Below are positions 11,710-20,729 of a DNA stretch of 64,000 bases, in pieces. The first letter of the stretch is position 1. The number at the start of each line of letters is the position of its first letter. Under the pieces are notes generated by a model, which was given only the letters and a program-made list of their open reading frames with translations, did not search any database and was not told the DNA's origin. The DNA comes from Asterias rubens (Eukaryota), in the NCBI RefSeq assembly GCF_902459465.1, contig NC_047062.1, positions 17,236,001 to 17,300,000 on the forward strand. The letters run 5' to 3'. A program made the translations under genes and the position numbers.

Positions 11710-12994
11710 TACATAGGCTCGAGTTGAAAGGGTTGAGAGAAAGGACAACTAGGCCTTGTGAATATCACAAGATTATTAGAAATTACAAGTTTTAAGGTTC
11801 GTGACCAAGAGCTATAGTTTCAACACCCTTGTCAACCAAATCGGCCTTTACTATCTCATACCGGTATCCGTTGAGTATAGTATTATCTATGTCGTTGAAA
11901 TGAAAATACAAAGTGATTAAGGTAGAACGGATGGTTCGATTGACTTTAGTGGTATATTCACTTGCCTTCCACTTCTAGAGGGCCCTGGTTCGAATCTAGC
12001 TGGGGCATGTGATTTGGGCTTTCAGTCCCCAGTGTTTTCCTTGAAATAGTTTTCTGTGGTTTTCCTATACCATATAAAACTGAAACTTCCTTCCTGATCT
12101 TTTCTCCACAGGGCTCTCGGCTATCACAGTGATTTAAAAGTTTGCCTTTCTGTGAGTCCTTGGTTCAACAACCAGAATATTAAATGAAACAAAATATTAT
12201 GTGGCTGAGTACTAACGTTTAGTACATTATTATTCAGCTGTGTGGATGTTTGTAATGGTATAAACAAAACGGTTCTTCTATGTAATTTTGGATGTTCGTA
12301 TTGTAAAGCCAGGTTCATACTTCCTGCGAATGAATGCGATGCGAATTTTGACGTCACATGTAAACGAAATGCCATACGTTGCCATGCATCGTCACCAAAC
12401 GGTTACCCGTATTCCGTAACTAAACGATTTTAAAAGGAGGCAAAAAACAAGAGGGACCGGGTGTTCACATAGTACGTTCTATACACAGTCATTTGTACTC
12501 AACAAACCTAAATATTCATTGTTTCGTCACAATTTAACTCCATCTACACATAAATTATAAAGCGGAGTAGAGACATTCAAGGTCGAGTGTCGACGGAGTG
12601 ACCATGAATATCATGAGCAAACCAATGTAGAATCAAAGAATATAATAATAATAATAATAATAAAGTAGTAGTAAACGTGATATTTGTATACCGTATAATG
12701 CAGGAACCTCTATGTATTTATGGTGATTTGCATAGTTTGTCCAATCAACCGTAAAACAACACCAATACAAACCACTGGTATCCATTCAAATTAGTTACAA
12801 GTATTGATGTGTTTCGGTACACCCGCAATAATACTTGACTTTCATAAAAAGAGCTATGCACATAATATCATTTACCAGAATAAGGGTTACAAGCCAAAAT
12901 ACCATGTCATAATGTGGTCATCTGTGGACTGGTATCCTACTTATTTAAGATCAACAGAAATGTTGCAGAAGAAATGTTGTAAGTAATTGTCTGC

Positions 12995-13357
12995 TTAAAG
13001 CCATTGGACACTTTCGGTAAACAGTTATGTCCAAGGCCCACACTTCGTGTATCACAACTTCCATAACAAACCTGTGAAAATTTAGGCTCTATCGGTCGTC
13101 GGAGTCTGGAGAAAATAATGGGAAAACCCACCCTTGTTTCCGCACGTTTCGCCGTGTCATGACATGTGTTTAAAATAAATCCGTAACTCTCGATATCGAG
13201 AATTGATATTGTTTTAATGTTTTCTGAAAAAGTAAAGCATTTCATGGAATAATATTTCAAGAGAAGTCTTTCACCATTACCTTCTGTAAACCCTGTAAGT
13301 TATTTGTTAGTCTGTGAACTTTTGTTTCTCTTTACCGAAAGTGTCCAAAGGCTTTAC
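12995..13357. mobile_element. Kolobok/T2-like MITE, related subfamily
   Basis: ttaaagccattggacactttcggtaaa ... tttaccgaaagtgtccaaaggcttta. Confidence 0.8.
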
Positions 13358-13376
13358 AGAGGCCTTTTAAGAATTT

Positions 13377-13660
13377 GGGTCCTGGTCATAATAGTGTCAT
13401 AGTTGGGTCCTGGTCATAATAGTGTCATAGTTGGGTCCTGGTCATAATAGTGTCATAGTTAAGTCCTGGTCATAATAGTGTCATAGTTGAGTCATGGTCA
13501 TAATAGTGTCATAGTTGGGTCCTGGTCATAATAGTGTCATAGTTGGGTCCTGGTCATAATAGTGTCATAGTTGAGTCCTGGTCATAATAGTGTCATAGTT
13601 GAGTCCTGGTCATAATAGTGTCATAGTTGGGTCCTGGTCATAATAGTGTCATAGTTGAGT
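13377..13660. repeat. Minisatellite, 28 bp x 10
   Basis: Unit (g/a)(g/a)gtcctggtcataatagtgtcatagtt, head-to-tail with no spacers. Confidence 0.97.
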
Positions 13661-14087
13661 TGCAGAAGGAAACTGCATTGAAACAATTATTGTTCTACTT
13701 TAAGCCACGCCCATTTCAGGCAGGTCTGTATTGCAGTCTTTTCATTGGTCTGGACACCTAAAGAAATTCCTATTCCTCAACACTGTGGATAACATTGTGT
13801 GGACATGCGTAAGTCCACATCAAGTCTCTACATTATGTGGACTTCTCAAGTCCATACTTCGTATGTTAAATCATACAAACTGGCACCAATGGTTACCAGA
13901 ATCCAATAGGAATTACATTCAGCAATTTTATTATTATTTTTTTTTTTTGGGGGGGGGTGTGAAAAAAGGGTTGATTGAACTTGGCTTTCGCATACGCTCT
14001 TCAGAACCACACAATGTGTGAACGTTTGTGTGACTTTCTGTAGAATTACACACAAACATATGCCGCACTTGGAGCTGGAAATAGCGA

Positions 14088-14206
14088 GTTGAAACCAACG
14101 GTTGTTTTCAGAACCAGCCTAACTCATTGGAGATAGTCATACAGGATGTTACCGCAAACCTTTCCATATCTTTCTGATGTCAATACTTTTTATAAAGTCC
14201 AATTGT
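14088..14206 (+). mobile_element. TSD-flanked short retrocopy of the hammerhead-bearing (Penelope-like) repeat
   Basis: 14-bp direct repeat gctggaaatagcga at 14074-14087 and 14207-14220. The interior is nearly identical to 15389-15495. Confidence 0.75.
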
Positions 14207-14759
14207 GCTGGAAATAGCGACAACTTTGGGTGAGTTACAGATGCGGGGTCGTGTGACGTAATTGGATTAACAACAGGATACCGGCTACATAAATTAATCG
14301 ACTGTTTTGAGAATTTACGATATTGTACATAAACGGACAGACCAGCATGATGGAAAAATATTTATGACATTGTGAGTGAAGGAACGGGTCTGAGCGTAGT
14401 TTTTGCTGTAGTCAAACACTGGTTGGGACCTCTAATTTTCTTCGTCCATGTTGAGACTAGGATGGGAAGTAAGGAATGATAAACACATTCTTCGAAAACT
14501 AAAGTCAGTGATCTTCAAATTTCAGCTCGGCAGAGAACAACAACAACAAGCGCGGAGTGCGGATGGATGGGCCAACACGTATCGTAACAATTTGTAAATG
14601 ATGTAGGTACACAATGAAATTGAACCGGAAACAAAATTGATAACCAGGAAAGAGTTCTTGCATTGCTGATGACGTTGAGCTATGGGGAGCTAGGCCAGTC
14701 GGGAACTTTTACTACATATTATAGCTACACTTTCATAAAGAGTTGAAACGAAGACTATC

Positions 14760-16220
14760 ATGGGCTGCAAGAAAACACTCATTTTGTTTGTGTGTTGGAT
14801 TATTTACCTGTGTCTCGGTGCGTTGGCTTTCATCGCAATAGAGAAAGGAAACCTTGCGACGCAGCAGGAGGCACGTGCAGAGTTCAACGAGGCAGTCGCA
14901 GACTTTGCCCGCGAATACTCTTCGTGTGGAGTTACCAGAGACAGTCTGTTGACGTTCATGGTAAACAATGGACGGCACACCCAGACAAGAGGTGTGTTCC
15001 ACTTTAATGTAGATCCCTCGAAGGGGGTTCAAGAAGAATGGTCAATGACTAATGCGTTGGTCTTTACCTCCGAAATTGTTACTACCATAGGTGAGCATTT
15101 AGAAACTTTAATGGTGTCCAGAATAGCATCACACTTTCTCTCTCACTCTAGTAAAGGCTTTCTGATGTCTAAGTAGGATTTGAAACTTTGCATGGTGGAA
15201 ATACGATATGGAAATGGTTGTGGTAACATCATGTATAATGACTTCTATCTCTAATGAGTTGGGGTGGTTCTGAAAAAAACCGTTGGTTTCAACTCGACGT
15301 TTCGATCAGTATGCTTTGATCGTTTTCTGGAGAATACTTCCTCCTTTTCTCCAGAAGACGATCAGAGCATACTGATCGAAACGTCGAGTTGTTTTCAGAA
15401 CCACCCCAACTCATTGGAGATAGTCATACAGGATGTTACCGCAAACCTTTCCATATCTTTCTGATGTCAATACTTTTTATAAAGTCCTATTGTGCGGGGC
15501 AGACATTACACTCTTAAAACGCACATGGCCCAATTTCATAGAGCTGCTCAGCACAAACAAGTTCCACATATTGATCTAGTGTGTCTTCAACGAAAGTAGA
15601 ACAAGAAGATAAGAATGAATAAAAACGAAACTGTTTCCTATTCCTCTTTTAAAGGTCACGGCACGCTGACACCCTACACCGCCAGAGGGCGTCTCGCCTG
15701 CATTTTATACGCCCTCTTCGGCATACCACTCTGCGGCTTCATGCTCGCAGCCGTCGGTGACGCGGCACTCATCCTAGCCGATAAAATCGACGGAGTTTTC
15801 CGAAGGCGTCTCCGACTTGCTCTCCTAGTGAACGCTGCCCGTCTCTTCGTCATTGTATTGGTATTCTGGTCGATTACGGTGACGCTGCCAACGTTGATTT
15901 ACACCAGGACGGAGGGGTGGAACTGGGTCAAGGCACAATACTTCAGCTTCACAGGCATGAGTACAGTCGGCTTCGGAGACGTGAAGGTTAGCCTTCATAG
16001 ATACAAAGACTCAGTATTATTAGACTGGTGCTACAAAGGTGGCACAACCGTGTACTGCTTCCTCTGTCTTGGTATTGTCTCCACCGTCTTTAAGGTTATG
16101 TTTCGGTGGCACAAAAACCACATCCAGCAGACCAGAGCCAGATTCCGAACGTGGAGGCGAAAAAACTGCACTTCTAGAAGACGGTCCTCTAATTTAGCAT
16201 TCTTGAATACTCAGGACTGA
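14760..16220 (+). CDS. K2P channel paralog 3 (298 aa predicted), atypical P1 filter TIGHG
   Basis: Exons 14760-15090 and 15655-16220 (ATAG|gtgagc...aaag|GTCAC). Cap Cys (SSCG), P1 FTSEIVTTIG|HGT, P2 FTGMSTVGFGD. Confidence 0.9.
15172..15458. repeat. Inverted pair of Penelope-like repeat ends forming a long hairpin in the intron of K2P paralog 3
   Basis: The left arm (about 15172-15334) is the reverse complement of the family sequence in the right arm (15347-15458); loop tacttcctcctt. Confidence 0.85.
15349..15388 (+). ncRNA. Minimal type-I hammerhead ribozyme-like motif (U4A variant)
   Basis: CTC-CAGAAGA-C-GATCAG(agcata)CTGATC-GAAA-CG-TC^GAG: 3-bp stem I, 6-bp stem II, palindromic ACGT stem/loop III, GUC triplet. 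The sister copy at 46728 has the canonical CTGAAGA. Confidence 0.6.
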
Positions 16221-17110
16221 CCAAGATCCTAAGCCTCACCCTGATGTCATCCATGCCCGGAGCAGATTGGTGCCGATGATGCCGGAACTGGTCATGGTCG
16301 ATTCCTCGCAATCATCTTCCGGATGGGTTTGATTGCAAGTCGGGCTTGTGAGAGTGGAGCTGCAGCCCTCCAAACAGCTGCCCACATCACCAGTGACTGC
16401 GTTTGTCACACAGTTTGCAACCTGGCCAAATAATGCCTAACTTCTAGTCGTAGTTTAATCTGAGACATACGCATACAACATCTAAGCCTCAGTTAGCAGC
16501 TTTTAAATGTTTATCAAAATATAAAATAAACAGTACAAACAACAGTAGAACAACAATATCAGGCGTTACATACAAAAACAATACACCTTGAAAACCCTTT
16601 TCAGATTGAAAATGTCAATTACACGAAAGAAGATAGTCTTGGTTCAAACTTCCCTAGAAATTTGTTTGCCTGAACACATGCTCGGAGCGAAATAACGGTG
16701 GAAAATAACCTGGTAAATCTGCTGCCACAAATCGATCAAAAGCCTCCTATTAGATTTGGTTTGGCGAGATAAGATAAGACCCAAACTCAGCAACGGGTTG
16801 AGAACTGAAAACATTATAAGATTATTCCCCTTATTTTTCTGGTGACTCGGATGACCAATTGAGCATAAGATTTTCTTCACATGATACAATGGTCTTTGAC
16901 AGTTACAAATGTTGTTCATGAGCTTTTACCTTTGCATTGTTATCCCTTCATTGATGTTTTTATGCGCAGCAATCTAATGGGATACTTTGGGACGCAAGGG
17001 GGCAGCAGACCTACCAGGCAAATTTCCATTGTTTACATCGTTTGGAGCATGCGCACATTTCCAAGAGCTATGGATTTACCTTTTGGTAAGTGTGCTCATA
17101 AGTCTTTCAC

Positions 17111-17263
17111 TGGGTGCGTTCGTTTAGCTTCCCTGGGTCATCCCCGGTGTGTGGCGGTTTTTTTTCCAGGACGAACTTGGGTAATTATCTGCACACGTTC
17201 GTCCTGGAAAAAAAAACCGTCACACACCGGGGTCGACTTAGGGAAGCTAAACGAACGCACCCA
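17111..17263. mobile_element. 153-bp foldback MITE (GGGTGCGTTCG termini, Harbinger-like)
   Basis: Imperfect inverted arms of about 65 bp around a short loop. Confidence 0.8.
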
Positions 17264-17422
17264 TTGAAAAGTAGAGGCAAGCAAAGTAAGATGATTTTTG
17301 TACAGAAAGTTAAAAGGCAATGCTTATTATGTAAACAACAAAAATCAAGTGTTCTTTTGCCTTTTATTGGCTGTGCCGTAATATCGACATCGATAAGTAT
17401 CTGCTTTGACGATGGAGCAGTG

Positions 17423-17540
17423 TGACGTCAACGTTTGCTTAGCATTCGCAAGAACAAACCATTGACCGACTGACCGAAATATATCTTCTGCTTTGACCTC
17501 ATTCTTAATGGAGATCAATGGCACCATGGAAATGACGTCA
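17423..17540. promoter_or_regulatory. Pair of palindromic CRE sites upstream of K2P paralog 4
   Basis: TGACGTCA at 17423-17430 and 17533-17540. Sequence match only. Confidence 0.3.
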
Positions 17541-18231
17541 GATTATTAGGGCACCTATATGCCAGAGAGGTCAAGAGAGTGCCTTGCTCATTGACCCACC
17601 CTGTGCGCTGCGAGCGCGTAGACACGCCTTTCCACTGTTTCATTTTTGTTCTACACCAACCTCGACACATAAATATTGCCGCAGCAGAATAATACTAAAT
17701 CCTCTCTGGCTAACATGGGCTTCCAGTAATGATATTAATTAAACATACACATTCCTCGTGCATCATTTGCATATTATGCGAGCTTCAACCACACTCACAC
17801 ATTATATCAACAGGGCTTATACCAGCACCATGGGAGCAGATGGTAAATCGAGGTCACACGTAAAACAACAGGAACTAATAGGTTACCAAATCGTGTCAAT
17901 AACGGTCATTAAAATTATTTACCAGTTCTATATGTTTAAATAAAGAGAACAATCTGCCTGAGCCACGATACCACCAGCAGATGTCTGATTGTAGATTATG
18001 GTTATCGTGTATTTCGTGATCTGTCTCAAATCGGCATTTCAACTTTCAGCACCAGGGACTTGTTTGTGCAGTAGCTCTGGAGAGTGACCACTACACAATT
18101 ATAGGCAATTTTGTGATATCATGGTGGACACAATACCACGACACTAAAACTATGGACTTGTGTACACTTCTGTAAAACACTTAAACCAAACACTGCACTA
18201 ATATCAAACATTACTTTAAAAAAAAAAGCCA

Positions 18232-19528
18232 ATGGGGATACGAAGGAGGTACCGCACGATACTCGTATGCCTCGTGTTCTGGATCTACCTCGCACTTGGC
18301 GCGCTTTCCTTCATGGCCATCGAGCGGGAAGCAGACGATGCCGAGACCAAACTCTCTCGGCGGGAACTTTACCGCGCACTGCAAAACTTCAGCGAAGAGA
18401 ACCGGGAATGTAACGCCACGACGGAGAACCTCCGAGGGCTCATGGAACAGGCTGAGATAGCTTGGAAACTCCGGAGAGTATTCCGTACAGACACTGATAC
18501 TACGAAGGGTATAGAGCCGGTGTGGAACATCGCTGACTCGATGGGCTTCGCGCTGTCGATACTTACTACTTGTGGTGGGTATATCCGTTTTAGTGCCAAC
18601 CAGCGTGTTGTAGCCATTTTCTTAAAAACAAAAATCCTTTGGTTCTAAGTGATGGCTTTGGGTACAATTTTTCATACATAATAGAGCTTTTATACCGCTT
18701 TTTTTGCCGTACCATATATGGACTAACAGAGACTCCTTTCTTTCATGCTTGGGCACACTGAAACATCGAATTTGAGAGCAAACAAATAAACGGTAATTCA
18801 ATAGCCATGTCCCTTCCCTTTCGGTGTATGTGGATTGCTTTGCCATATTAAACAATGAATAATGCTTCATAATCAATTAGTTGCCAACTATGGTTTTCTA
18901 GTCTATCCACCCTTCTCATTTATCTGTAGGCTACGGCGAATTGGTACCCATTACAAAGACAGGACAACTCATCTGTATTATCTACGCAGCTGTTGGTATC
19001 CCGTTATGTTACTACATGATACTGACCGTAGGCAAGACTTTTCGAGATTTGTGGTTTGCAATGTTGAGCTCTTCTTGCCAGCGATACAAAATCCCACGGC
19101 GAATTTCATACTTCCTCGTTCCCGTCATAGCACTGTGGATAGTCTTAGTCGTCTTCCCCAGCCTGGTGCTGATACAGACGGAGGGATGGCCTCTTTTGAC
19201 GGCACTGTATTTCAGTGTCATGTCGCTCAGTACCATCGGCTTCGGAGATGTGATGCCGCGAAGACCGAACCCGTATTCTGCTTTTTCTAATACCATGAAA
19301 CTGATCTTCATATTTTATATCCTGCTCTGTCTGAGCGTCATGTCAATCACGTTTGCATGTATAGCCAGGGTGCTTAAAGAATTCAAATCAAAGAGGAGAA
19401 GGAAGCAACAAGATGCCAGTCAGCGAAGGAATACGTTGGAAACGAACATTGATTTTGATGAAGAAGTAGAACCATATCGGGTTTGTAACGGCGACTCTCC
19501 CGTAAGCTCCACTGGGTCTGACTCTTAG
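18232..19528 (+). CDS. K2P channel paralog 4 (313 aa predicted), atypical P1 filter TCGYG
   Basis: Exons 18232-18574 and 18930-19528 (TGTG|gtgggt...gtag|GCTAC). Cap Cys (RECN), P1 ALSILTTCG|YGE, P2 VMSLSTIGFGD. Confidence 0.9.
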
Positions 19529-19619
19529 GCCTAAATTCATCAGTAGTTAGCATGACGAGTTGGACCATATTGGACCAGTGTGTAAACATACCTGTGGATG
19601 CAAAGGTTTGGTCACTGAT

Positions 19620-19868
19620 CTGGGCCGAATTTCATAGAGCTGCAAAGCACAACAACTTGCTTAGCATGAAATTTATTCCTGTATTAAAACAGGATCACCA
19701 ATCAAATTTCCATTTGTTGCATTTTGCTTGATAATACTGTCATCATCTGTTGATTGTTGTTCCTGAAAATCACGTGGAAATTTGGTTGGTAATCCTGTTT
19801 TAATTAAGGAAGAAATTTCTGGCTAAGCAAATTTGTGTGCTTAGCAGCTCTATGAAATTTGGCCCTGG
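19620..19868. mobile_element. ~250-bp Harbinger-like MITE (GGGCC termini)
   Basis: TIR gggccgaatttcatagagctgc / gcagctctatgaaatttggccc. Relatives at about 15527, 21133-21305, 59660-59770 and 63680. Confidence 0.75.
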
Positions 19869-20343
19869 CAGGTTTGTCCTACTTAGACCTTCAATTGAAT
19901 TTATAAACATGTATGGTTGTCTAGACACCAACTTGTCTAGCCAAATGGCTTGAGACTAAGGAGATGAAAGTAGGTATGGCAAGACCAAGACCAGGGATTG
20001 GCCTCAAATTCTTCAAAAGCAGTTTTGCTATCACATCGCTAATATTAAAGATGCTATGTCAGATTTTTGGCCGATTTGACCCAAAAGATTTTGATTTAAA
20101 ATTCAATAAGTATTTTGATGAAAGTTACAAGCTTTCATTTGAGCCATTGCTCAAAAAAACTCCGCCAATTATTAGTAGCAGTGAAATAAAGTGCTCAAAA
20201 TTAGTTTTTATCGGGATCCCGACAGTGTATATCACGTGACCAATTCTTATGTGTTTTATAAGAAACGTTTTAAATTTTTGTCACGGTTCCTGACCGTTAA
20301 AAGTAAAAGTTAAACTTGTTTTCGTTAGAGCGGGTGATACTCT

Positions 20344-20729
20344 TTAAAGGCAGTGGACACTATTGGTAATTACTCGAATTAATTATTAGCATAAAACCTT
20401 TCTTGGTGACGAGTAAAGGATAGAGGTTGATGGTTTAAAACATTGTGAGAAACGGCTCCCTCTGAAGTGCCATAGTTTTCGAGAAAGAAGTAATTTTCCA
20501 CGAATTTGATTTCGAGACCTCAGATTTAGAACTTGAGGTCTCCAAATCAACCATATAAACGCACACAAGTTCGTGTGACAAGAGTGTTTTTTCCTTTAAT
20601 TATTATCTCGCAAGTTTGATGACCGATTGAGCTCAAATTTTCACAGGTTTGTTATTTTATGCATATGTTGAGATACACCAATTGTAAGGCTAGACTTTGA
20701 CAATTACCAATAGCGTCCACTGCCTTTAA
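20344..20729. mobile_element. Kolobok/T2-like MITE, reference full-length copy
   Basis: TTAA|AGGCAGTGGACACTATTGGTAATT ... AATTACCAATAGCGTCCACTGCCT|TTAA. A TTAA TSD with purine-purine termini is the Kolobok signature. Confidence 0.88.

Noticed and set aside
13377-13660. Regular 28-bp repeats resembling a CRISPR array
   Set aside because: The units are contiguous with no unique spacers, there are no cas genes and the context is eukaryotic. It is a minisatellite.
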